From Paragordius varius (taxonomy: Eukaryota; Animalia; Nematomorpha): a stretch of 64,000 bases of DNA. Location of the stretch: positions 1,736,001 to 1,800,000 of the forward strand of contig OZ176056.1 in the NCBI GenBank assembly GCA_964247055.1. Reading direction: 5' to 3'. The notes under the pieces were generated by a model. It was not told the DNA's origin, searched no databases, and was given only the letters and a program-made list of their open reading frames with translations. A program made the position numbers and the translations under genes. Shown piece by piece: positions 55,401-64,000 of the stretch. Position 1 is the stretch's first letter, and every line of letters starts with the position of its first letter.

Positions 55401-57872
55401 TTTCTTACATAAACTGAATTAAAATTTAAAATTATGTAATTGAGTTAAATAACAATTTATATATCTATTTTTGAAACCAAAACAATAAGTTAAATTAAAA
55501 AAAACAAGATACAATAATATGGGTCTTTGATTCTTTTAGATTTCATGTTTTTTCTGTATAATTTGAATTTTTACTGTAAATTAACTAAAAAACGGTAATA
55601 AATTTTTATTTTTACATAATCTCAATATGATAATATATATATAATTTTACTTTAAGTATTTGCTTAAGGTTTATAACATAAATATAATTTAAGAATTTGC
55701 TTTTTAAAAAAATGCATTATATTACGGACAAAAGGGTTTTTTAAATTCCGGTACAACTAAAAAATTTAGAGCGATACAAGTCTCATACAAAGTATATTAG
55801 TTATGACAAAGGCAACATTATAATCATAAAATACCATCATAATTTATTTAATGCAACAATATTTTTTACCATTCAACCATTTTGTTCCTTACTTTAAGAT
55901 TTTTCATTCAAATTATTTTAAATATTTATATGTCAAAGCAGATTTCGAAACATGTAGCTTATGGTCTAATTCTCTGAAATTTCTGTATCATTGAAATTAT
56001 AGAAGATTGGCTAATCCCCATCAAATCAGAATAAAAATGTACGCCAAACTTATAGGTTTAAAGTTAAAAATAAAACAAAAAATACTTGTACAACTCCCCT
56101 TTAAATTCTAAAAATCATTTTACCTTGATATTTAATTTCTTAGCAAAAAATTCACAAAACCATTTTAGCCTCGGTATTTTTAACAGTATTGAAAAACTCC
56201 CCTTTAAATTATAAAATTATTCATTGCCTTATATATTTAATTTCTTAACCAAAACTAACTCACAAAACCGTTTAAACCCTTCGGTATTTTTAACCTTGTT
56301 GAAAAACTCCCCTTTAAATTCTTATAATCATTCATTACTTTATATGTTAAATTTCTTAGCCAAAACTCACAAAACCATATTAAACTTCGGTAGTTCAAAC
56401 CTTTAAAATCTAATATCATTCATTTCCTTATATATTCAATTTCTTAGCAAAAAACTCACAAAACCATTTAAACCTTTCGGTATTTTTAACCTTTAAATCC
56501 ATCCCTCATTCAACACAAATCATTACCTTATATTTTCTATTTCTTATCAAAAAACTTACAAAATCATTTAGGCACGAAATATTTTCCAATAAAACAACAA
56601 AATTAAAAAAAATTAACTTAAAAAGTTTAAAAACCTCAACACAATTTTTTTCAAATCTAAACCTGATCCACTCCAGGCTAGGGTAGGAACATGAGCGCTT
56701 TGTGCAATCAGCGTGGAGGCTATTTTATCACCCAGGGCATGCATAGCAAATGCCGAAGGGCCCAAGAAAGCTAGGCAGCGGTCCGCTAAAGCGAAAGGCA
56801 GAACTGGATTTTCACTGGCATGACCCCAACCGGCCCAAACTGCATCCGCCCCTGTCCGCACACAAATCTCTACAATGAGTTCAACGTTGGCGTAATTGTG
56901 ATTGTTGGAACCGCCAGGAACGCGGACATATTGATCCGCCATTTTTATGTACTCTATTAATTTTAAAGGAAATAAATATATATGGATGAAAGGAAGATAT
57001 ATTTTAATATTTGAAAACTAAGAGATGATATATACTTTATAATTATATATATTTAATTATTTAATAGGATAACCTTCCCCATAAGAACCCCAAATGTTGG
57101 AAAAATACATAATTTATTTACGCATTAATCATGCTTTTTTAAAGAATATATTAAAGTTAAATTGTGTAATTTAAAATTAAATTTTTTGCATGATATAAAA
57201 AAATTATTAATTTATATGAAATTTAAAATAATATAAATTAAATGGTGAATCAGAGGGTTGTATAAGACCCGAAAACCATTTGGAAAAATGTTCATTATAA
57301 ACAATTATATTAGGGTTTGATTGAAAAATCATAAATCATGAAAAATAGGAGTTTTTTTAGAAATCTTATATATGAGGTGATTAGAGAGGGTACACTCATA
57401 ATAGAAAAATTAAATTACGTCAATAAATTAATTCTTGATTCAAATTTTCATTTTGTATATTCTATTAAAAAATGTAAACTATGGATAAAAAAACAAGCCG
57501 AATATTTAATTATCAACAGTAAAAATAGAAAAAAAGTAGTTTTGAATCCAATTGTTTTTGCTTATAATGACGTATATTTTACCAGCATTAGCTTTTAAAT
57601 CTTCGGGAGTTACCATGACAACAAATTTTATCGCTCGTTCGTTTCGAAACATTTCGTATGCCCATCTTCGAATAGATCGCATACATTTAACCGCAGCTAT
57701 ACCATTGTTGGCAATAAGGATCTAAATTTAATTTTAAAAATACCTTTTGAATTAGAGTGGTTCCTCCAAATTTAATAACAAATTCTTCGGGATTGGATAG
57801 CGTAAGCGAACCATGTTTTGAAGTACTTATATTATTAATCGATGTATCCAAAACACTAATATCGGATGACAT
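13054..57872 (-). CDS. ACC: Acetyl-CoA carboxylase (eukaryotic multidomain BC-BT-BCCP-CD-CT), 52 coding exons, ~3066 aa
   Basis: Manual GT-AG model, all phases consistent, 9201 nt, exons in transcript order: 57744-57872, 57583-57721, 56663-56953, 55050-55309, 53970-54080, 52878-53087, 52091-52264, 51635-51728, 50977-51314, 50631-50764, 49479-49629, 48362-48547, 46143-46213, 45787-45884, 44427-44607, 43934-44024, 43290-43559, 42668-42814, 41710-41933, 40898-40986, 39905-40146, 39186-39514, 38073-38249, 37410-37600, 35831-36010, 34625-34845, 33754-33939, 32898-33006, 32416-32635, 31655-31766, 31001-31156, 30241-30316, 28873-28967, 28033-28186, 27018-27135, 26288-26387, 25653-25896, 25083-25244, 24153-24289, 23597-23663, 22663-22966, 21591-21955, 20774-20928, 20141-20276, 18530-18707, 17870-18009, 16110-16356, 15480-15576, 14466-14798, 13971-14227, 13502-13686, 13054-13193. 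Motifs: [130 protein letters not shown]. Confidence 0.96.
15190..15412. mobile_element. MITE family B (TA|CAGTAA...TTACTG|TA)
   Basis: cagtaagaaaacggataaaacgttaaaatataaagacaa / ttgtctttattttacattttatccgt...ttttactg, TA on both sides. Confidence 0.75.
16534..17642. mobile_element. Non-autonomous CMC (CACTA/Chapaev-like) DNA transposon, 1109 bp, 3-bp TTA TSD
   Basis: tta|CACTAGACAACAAAT ... ATTTGTTGTCTAGTG|tta. Further inverted matches lie inside: ggaagaatttt/aaaattcttcc and atatcattcgaaagag/ctctttcgaatgatat. No transposase recognised. Confidence 0.7.
18683..19500 (-). repeat. Degenerate tandem repeat including the ACC exon 45 acceptor and exon start (2 intronic copies)
   Basis: ccccaaattt...gacttgatcaaacatat|c(t/c)gcatatt at the true site 18679-18716 and at 18983-19021; caaacatat|ctgcatatt at 19478-19495. 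Confidence 0.7.
22048..22094. repeat. (TA)n microsatellite (others at ~15651-15698, 16371-16400, 43620-43647, 50407-50433 and 52397-52428)
   Basis: Direct read of uninterrupted or nearly uninterrupted ta runs. Confidence 0.9.
27474..27728. mobile_element. MITE family A (CCATTTAC...GTAAATGG termini)
   Basis: TIR ccatttacagttcaaattcacc / ggtgaatttgaattgtaaatgg|ta. Shares the internal gatgagt(t)attagccc motif with the other copies. Confidence 0.8.
29081..29741 (+). mobile_element. Internally deleted or chimeric RTE-clade non-LTR retroelement in ACC intron 32
   Basis: The 3' part encodes [13 protein letters not shown]...[14 protein letters not shown]...[20 protein letters not shown], the typical post-RT C-terminus of RTE-clade ORFs. 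A 12-bp direct repeat, agtttttattat, at 29069-29080 and 29742-29753 is a candidate TSD. Confidence 0.65.
29814..30097. mobile_element. MITE family B
   Basis: ta|cagtaaaaa...acggataaaaggtaaaaatataaagacaaat ... ttgtctttatagttttacgattgtccgt...tttactg. Confidence 0.7.
30601..30812. mobile_element. MITE family A
   Basis: ta|ccatttacgattcaaattcaccc ... atattagcccgaaaacacataatt ... gggtaaattcaaattatttaaagg|ta. Confidence 0.7.
35447..35753. mobile_element. MITE family A
   Basis: ta|cgatttacaattcaaattcacccttgaac ... gggtgaatttaaattgtaaatgg|ta, with ~21-bp subterminal repeats. Confidence 0.8.
36200..37460 (-). repeat. Tandem array of the 3' end of ACC exon 24 plus its 5' splice site (7 intronic copies)
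   Basis: The anchor acctgctccaaa/atgctccaaa...gaggtcttca on + occurs at 36309, 36447, 36631, 36796, 36990, 37103 and 37257, and at the true exon end (37408). Confidence 0.88.
44427..44607 (-). other. ACC: ACC biotin carboxyl carrier exon containing the biotinylated lysine (EVMKM; Lys codon at 44462-44464)
   Basis: Reads [60 protein letters not shown]. The MKM biotinylation motif is established for biotin-dependent carboxylases. Confidence 0.93.
45403..45641. mobile_element. MITE family A
   Basis: ccatttacatttaaaatt ... gtgttttcgggctaatataactc ... gtgtaaatgg|ta. Confidence 0.7.
47094..48420 (-). repeat. Tandem array of the last ~60 nt of ACC exon 12 plus its 5' splice site (7 intronic copies)
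   Basis: The anchor acctg(c/t)acactatatttaatgcc...aaatcaaccgaaagag on + occurs at 47094, 47424, 47560, 47758, 47889, 48077 and 48217, and at the true exon end (48360). Confidence 0.9.
48521..49035 (-). repeat. Tandem repeat of the ACC exon 12 acceptor plus its first 27 nt (2 intronic copies)
   Basis: tccaatcaaggtatccggtttttcaga|ct at 48521-48549 (true), 48738-48766 (identical) and 49003-49031 (diverged). Confidence 0.85.
50096..50391. mobile_element. MITE family A
   Basis: ta|ccatttacaattc ... ctaatataactcatcattaatatg ... gggtaaatttaaaaatgg|ta. Confidence 0.75.
53345..53570. mobile_element. MITE family A, right end eroded (other partial copies at ~40595-40865 and ~51870-51986)
   Basis: ta|ccaattacaattcaaattcaccctt ... 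gatgagttatattagttcgaaaaaacataatt. Confidence 0.6.
54150..54754. mobile_element. MITE related to family A with long TIRs built from 21-bp tandem subrepeats
   Basis: ta|ccatttgcacttcaagagtgtccttgaac ... gttcaaggacactcttgaagtgcaagtga|ta. The unit ccttgaacagttcaa(g/a)ttggt occurs x5 on the left and x3 inverted on the right. Confidence 0.8.
56090..56570. repeat. ~105-110 bp intronic minisatellite, ~4.5 copies (ACC intron 3)
   Basis: The unit actcccctttaaatt...atttaatttcttagc(c)aaaa...cacaaaacc...tcggtatttttaac recurs at ~56093, 56196, 56306 and 56400. Confidence 0.75.
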
Positions 57873-58380
57873 AAAATATGATTATAATAATTTAAAGCGA
57901 AAAAACACGCGTTTTTACGTGATTGTGTGATATTGAAGCTGTGCCAATTTATTATACGAGAACAAGGGTATTTTTGTTACGCTCAAAATTATTTTTGTAG
58001 GTCCTTACTTATGATTTATTTATAAAGTATGGCAAATACTTTACTGTCGCAAAATACTAGCCAAATAAAAACTAAAAAAAACAATATTATAAATTCAAGA
58101 TAAAAAAAGAGTTTATAAATTAGTTTAGAATGTATGTTTGGTAATTATGATTTGTGCTTAAAATTTTGACCGCGATTACATATAGGGTGATTATTGATCG
58201 AGAGTGCTCCCAATGGTATCCAAATCTTAAAACACGTATTCTATGGCTTTGGTGCAGTGTGCGAAAATATTATATTTAAAACTGTGTGATATAAAAAAAT
58301 TTACTTAAACCTATTTTTTTGGTGTATATTTTAGAAAAAAACTAAAATTCTTTATATTTTTCTATTTTAACACTTTATAT

Positions 58381-60849
58381 CAGTGGTACTCACCAAAAAA
58401 ATTTAACGGGCCAAATAAAATATATATTTTTTTCGAGGGCCATGAACCTTATAATGGCAAATATTCCATAGCTATTTAACACATATGCACATAATTTACT
58501 CTATATCAGCACAATGAATTTTTTGCGGATCGCATGTGAATCCAGCTAAAAACTGATTTACCATTTAGTTTAAAAAATTAAAATATTTTGATAACAATTT
58601 TTATTTCGATATTAACCAATATTTGACAAATGTGGTTTCACCTCATGACAGGCCAATCTTAATACGTCGTCCATATGATCATCGGTTAAGCAGTTTCTGT
58701 ATGTATTCTTGACATATTTTATTTTAAAATATGACGTCTCGCACGTATAAGTTATGGGAAAATGAGTTAGGATAACTTGAGCACATTTTTTTATATTTTA
58801 ATATTTATTTGGCACATCTTGCCAAAACTCTACATATCTATCTTCTCTACGATTCTCTTTGAATATCCAAATTGGAATTTTTAAAACCTACGAAGTCTTC
58901 AATAATATGCGCCTTATCAAAACCGAAATGCTCAAGTTGTTTAATATCCATGGATTTTCAACGAGTTTTTAAGCAATTTTTAATATATTTTTATTTTTAA
59001 AATCTGAATTACATCTCATTAGATAAAAATATTAGATGATCTATTATTAAATTAATCCCCGCGGTAAATTCCATATTTTCTTCATGAATCGTTTTAAGTG
59101 TTGGAAAATATAGGAGAGTTCAATTTATAAAATTTAGTTTATATTATTAATTTTTAAAAGATATTTCATTAGCTGGGGTTATTATTTTACTTCCTTGAAG
59201 ACGTATTAAAAAAGTTTATAAGTAATTTCGCAAAGGTAGGCTAATAAAACACCATATGTCACTATTAATTTCCTCGTCAAACTTTCTGTTATCTTTTATA
59301 AATAATAGAATTTCATGTCTTAAAACAAAAAATCTATTTTATACTTCGCTAAGGCTTAGCCATCTCTCAGCGGTGTACAAAAAATATAAAATCAAACTCA
59401 CTGTCGATATCTTTCAGAAGGTTTTTGAATTTACGGCGGTTGAATTCTCTGCCACGGATGTGGTTATCTATATCCACAACTGTTTTAATTACTGAATTGT
59501 GTGATCAATATTTACACGCGAAACCAAGTTCTGATGAATAAAGCAGTGAAAGGATAAAATATTTGTCAAATTATATTTGTTTTTCAAAAGAGGAATAAAT
59601 CCTTTGTTATTTCCAATCATGGGACAGACTGTGCAGATCGAAACCAATTTTTCATATATATCATTATTATCGAAAAAAGTGTTAATTATTTCGAGAAAAT
59701 CACTTCCTTTAGTCGTATTATTTATTGGTAAAAATTTTAAATATTTATCGTTGATTATGTTGTCGTTGTAAAATCTTACGAAGAGCGCACATTGAGGTGT
59801 TGTACTAATATCAGTGCTAGAATCAATAGCATTACTAAAATATTTGCAGTTTTTCAGAGCCAATAATGTATTGAAAATATATTTAGACATATCTTCAATG
59901 CGTCGAGCACATGTTGCAGATAGTTGAAGTTTATTAATTTGCCTCATGATTTGATCTTTATATGGAATTTATCAAATAAAAAAATGCGACCATTTATTAG
60001 ACTTGCTTTTAGTTGGGAACCAGTAAACGGTTTCATATTTTTTCCTAAAATATAACAAATTTGATACGAAGCTAATTATACAACTTTTTCCTGGGAGAAA
60101 GCTATGGACATAATAGATTTTTCTAGTATAATTCCTTAATCTTTTTATATTTTTCGTTTTTCCTCATGATTTTCTGGTAATTTATGAGAAAAATGGATTG
60201 TAAAATTGTTTCAATATTGTATTTTTTTATAATTATGTTGTCCTTACATATAAGGCAGGTAACAACATTTTTATTTTCAACGACAAATAATTTTTCTTCC
60301 CATTCTTTTTTAAAGGGCGATTTTCATCAAATAATTTACGTTTTTTAGCATTAGATGTCATCCTTTGAATTTATGTTTAAATATTATGTAAATTTTTTCA
60401 AAAAATAGATAATTTAAATTACGCTATAAAAAAACAAGTTGAAATTTAATGATGTTTATTTGAAATATATTTTATGGGAATGAGTTATAAAAAATGAGGC
60501 AGGATAGCTAGGAAAAGATTATGTAAAAGCAAGTTTGGGTAAAAGGCTTGCTTAAATAAAAAAGGAATGCAAAATTTTAAAATAGAAAAGAAAATAGAAT
60601 ACAGAAATAGAAACAACATGTGCCAAAATTTTGAAATTATTTTAATGTAGGAAAATTTTTCTGCATTTCAAATTGGGTAAAATATAAAAACTACCAAAAT
60701 TAAATCTAAAAAAATAAATTAATATTAAAATAATCGAAAATTCGTTTATGTGTTAAAAAAATAATATAAGTATCAATATGGTCATAGGGCAATTTTAAAG
60801 CACTCTTAAGGCCGCTTGCGGCCCGCGGGCCGCGGTTTGATTATCACTG
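58381..60849 (-). mobile_element. hAT (Buster/SPIN/Charlie-type) DNA transposon, 2469 bp, decayed, 8-bp TSD CTTTATAT
   Basis: Termini CAGTGGTACTCACC / TTTGATTATCACTG (imperfect TIR). Identical 8-bp flanks at 58373-58380 and 60850-60857 have a central TA, fitting the nnnTAnnn Buster preference. An internal transposase remnant is present. Confidence 0.9.
58610..60361 (-). pseudogene. Frameshifted hAT (GTF2IRD2/Buster-like) transposase
   Basis: Fragments in several frames: MTSNAKKRKLFDENRP...EWEEKLF...TCLICK (BED-like N-terminus); YFSNAIDSSTDISTTPQCALFVRF; HCFIHQ; TYTCETSYFKIKYVKNTYRNCLTDDHMDDVLRL (hAT dimerisation region). Confidence 0.85.
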
Positions 60850-62189
60850 CTTTATATCCTTTTGAGGTAGTGTTACAACCAAGTGCCCCTTAAAATATCC
60901 TAAAAATATTTGCGTTAGGCTAAATTTAATGATATGCTGTTTTAGCCTTTTAGTATGATAAAATAAGGTAAAAATGCCTGTAAACTTTTTGATAGTTTTT
61001 TTTCATTAATTTTTTTATATCGCAAATACAACAGGCAAATAAATGTATCATTATGAAAAAGCTTTCGGATTATAGAAATTTTTGATATTTATCTAATATC
61101 AGCTACTTACTTCATTCATGTTTTGGAGTTATCTGTTAGAATTAAAAATGTTAACTGTATTATAAATATTTTTATCTAGAAGACATATTGAAAAACAAAT
61201 TTCAGCCAAACTGATTTTGAAACAGTTATGTTACGAAAATCTCTGGATTAGAAAACCCCCTCAACATGCCATCTCGTACAGATAATGTAATAAATTGTTG
61301 ACCATTTATTTAGTTTTGGAGTGAGTCTTTAGTTTTAAGTGTGAAATTAAGAGTTGAGAAACTAGAATTTATAAAATATAACACTTATCTAATAAATTTA
61401 AATTAATTTTTATTTTATGGTTCTGACGTACAAATACCCCAAAATATTTTTATCTATTCCACGTGCATAAAATAAAATAAATGTTTATTCATTGAGGTAA
61501 CATTTATAGAACAGTGGTTTATATATCAAAGGATATAGTTTGAAAAAATAAAAAGATAAAAGGGGAGTTAAATGGCTAAACTAAAATTATGTAATATAGG
61601 CATTTAAAAATAATTTATTAAATTTCAGTCGTAAAAACAATTTTTTCCCGTTTTTGCCAATCGGGTAGATGTACATGTATTGTTTTAAACATTAATTTTT
61701 ATAAGATTGTGAGCAAATGTATGCCTATTATGATTTACCGAATATTTCGCAGGTCGCACGTGAGGTCTTGGAGGGCCGCATATTGGACAAATCTGGCTTG
61801 AATCAATTATTTGCGCATGTTATGCGACGTTTCGAAAAGTATTTATAATATTTTTTCATAAGACCAATGCTTCTGTTTTAGTTTATTATACAGGTTACAT
61901 CTAAAATTACCTTAAAGTTACTTTTAAACGATTAGTCTTTTATGAAATTTATTAAAATATATTTTTTATATTTGTACGCATTTCAGCTTAATTTTTTTAA
62001 TAAATTTAATAAATACAATGCGTAATTTTCTCAACTTTAAGATTAGTCTTTGTTTTATTTTTCCCTTCAATTTTCGAAATTTAAAAATCAAATTTATTTA
62101 TGGGTAAACTTGGTGAATAGTGTTACTACAAAATTTGATCTATAATATTCATGGAAAATCATCCAAAAATATTATATATGACAAATAAA

Positions 62190-63464
62190 TTATTCAGGTG
62201 CCGGCTTTAGATTTCTAATGGCTTCTTCCAAAACTTCTAAAATTATAAATTAAATACAGTTATGATTAAATTTATAATTATAATGTCACTGTATGTTATA
62301 GTTTAAAATTTATTTGTTATCTATATATATATACCTTTTGATATTTCAGGATCCTCCAATCCTAATGCATCTAGTTAAAAAATTGTTTATTTGGTTAAAA
62401 TGGAATTTTATTATAGTAAATAACAAATTAGAAAATGTATTGAGTATTGTTAAATATTTTTTATATCTTAGGATGTATACTGTAAATAAAACTTCATTGT
62501 CAATTTATACCGAGGATTTCAAATTTTCTAGTTCTTAATTATTAGGAGTTTTTTATGTGTGACAGGATTATCAATTTGCTTATATTACAATCGATATAAA
62601 AATTAATAAAATAATTTTTATAAATAATAAATTACTCTCAAATCCTTCTGGAAACATGGCGCCTATATCATTAAGAAAATATATAAAGTTATGCCATATA
62701 ACCAAATATTTGATATATTTTAATTAACAATATTTCATAAAATTTTATAATTAATTAAGTATTTTGTAAGTAATAATTTTTTTCCCATTTTATTTAACAA
62801 TTAATAATAATAATATAAAAATTAATTACTTTCAGTTGCTTTGTCGATTAAATCTAATTTAAGGCAACATAATTATGAAAAAATGAAGCCCGCTATATAT
62901 AAGGATCCTTTGTTGTTAAATGGATAAAAAGAAATCTTTAAAAATTGAATTATGGTTTTTATGGATTAACCATTATTAAAGTAATTTTATTAAAAACCTC
63001 ATATTTTGGTTTTTTTTATTTCATGGATGTTCTTTCAAATTATAAAACTATAAATATCCGTATCATACTGTAATTAAATTTTAAATTTTAAATATACAGT
63101 AAAAATTGAATTATACAGACAAAATGTAATTTCAAAATACAATCATACTTTTTTATATCTTGATTTTTCTTATATAAAATATTTACTAACCACTGTAAAA
63201 TAAATTGATTGTGTTTCCAATATTCATCAGATGACTTAAAAATAAGATTTAATAGTATGGTTGTTTTTTAGAAAAATATCTACGTTTTGTCCGTGTAATT
63301 CTATTTTTTACTGTATTAATAAACTAATAAATAATTAAATAGAAATGCTATTAAAAATTAATTTTTAAAATATTATAAATTTATTATAAGCCTAAATAAA
63401 ATTGTTTGGTTTGCGTGTGTTAAAAAGATAATTTTTATGTCACCTTGAATAGTGTCCATCATAT
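62190..63464 (-). CDS. Putative 3'-terminal exons of a third, unidentified gene (micro-exons)
   Basis: AG/GT-bounded, phase-consistent pieces 63444-63464, 62636-62662, 62335-62370 and 62190-62236 join to xMMDTIQGAMFPEGFENALGLEDPEISKEVLEEAIRNLKPAPE*. No family recognised. Confidence 0.4.
63097..63313. mobile_element. MITE family B (further partial copies at ~23858-24110, ~26581-26868 and ~55340-55580)
   Basis: ta|cagtaaaaattgaattatacagacaaaatg ... acgttttgtccgtg...ttttactg|ta. Confidence 0.7.
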
Positions 63465-64000
63465 CTATATAAATATTGTTTAAAGCCAATATTTTTATAT
63501 ATTAAAATCTGTAAAAAAATTAGCAATGCAAAAAATATACTGCTAATGCACTCTTTCAAAGCTAAATTATATATATATAATATATTAAATTTGTTAATAA
63601 AAATTTCAATTTTTAGTATTATAAAGCATACATTTTATGGATATTTTCATGCCATCTATGAAATAATTTATATAAATATTGAATTAACAAAACACAAATA
63701 GGTAATCTAACTTCATCTTTAAAGAGTACCTGAAAAGTACAAGACTGTCATTTTTTTCAAAATATTTAACAATTTTAATCCTATATGTGCGGTTGGAAAA
63801 TCAGCGTGTCTCTGAAACCTAAATGGCTTAAATAAATATATTTTAAAAACCGGCACTTTTAATAATTATTCGAATTTATTGTTATTACTAATCTAGGTGA
63901 TTTTAAACAAATGTCGTCAATTAATACACAATAATTATTTTGAGCATTATATAAATTTCTTAACTTATCACAAAATTTATCCCAATGTGGGCTCTTATAA

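Larger units (their letters stand above)
49479..57872 (-). other. ACC: ACC biotin carboxylase (ATP-grasp) domain exons 1-11
   Basis: Exons encode [11 protein letters not shown]...[23 protein letters not shown] through [34 protein letters not shown] and [16 protein letters not shown]. Confidence 0.93.

Noticed and set aside
350-62538. Short ORFs in the supplied track read as stand-alone or prokaryotic genes
   Set aside because: Those with real similarity are exon fragments running into introns, often from TTG/GTG starts. The rest are AT-rich noise or antisense shadows of exons (e.g. 27894-28142, 38130-38327, 50580-50768).
63712-63812. Further exon candidates for the right-hand gene
   Set aside because: I could not join them in phase to the downstream micro-exons without a stop codon.
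1-64000. tRNA, rRNA and snoRNA genes
   Set aside because: No cloverleaf, rRNA-like GC-rich block or convincing box C/D or H/ACA pattern was seen by eye. A tRNAscan-SE/Infernal run is needed to exclude intronic snoRNAs.

Overview
Very AT-rich eukaryotic (animal-type, invertebrate-like; species not determinable) genomic DNA with GT-AG introns. The bacterial-style ORF track catches only fragments of exons. Two convergent metabolic genes fill most of the window. (1) A hexokinase on + (CDS 356-11535, ~581 aa) has two tandem, frame-incompatible copies of the exon encoding the catalytic NDT motif, a candidate mutually exclusive exon pair, plus an N/S-rich C-terminal tail. (2) A complete multidomain acetyl-CoA carboxylase on - (CDS 57872 to 13054) was rebuilt by hand as 52 phase-consistent exons, 9201 nt, ~3066 aa. 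It is swollen by low-complexity insertions and needs a 22-nt first intron. At four ACC exon boundaries, the exon end plus its splice site is tandemly re-copied into the neighbouring intron, leaving arrays of decoy splice sites. Mobile DNA: a 3.96-kb near-palindromic foldback element (TA TSD) nested in a MITE in a hexokinase intron; a decayed Buster-type hAT transposon (8-bp TSD) ~0.5 kb upstream of the ACC ATG; a CACTA/Chapaev-like non-autonomous element; an internally deleted RTE-like retroelement; and two TA-flanked MITE families. Possible micro-exons of a third, unidentified gene lie at the right end. No rRNA, tRNA or CRISPR was recognised. All gene models are manual and unverified by transcript data.
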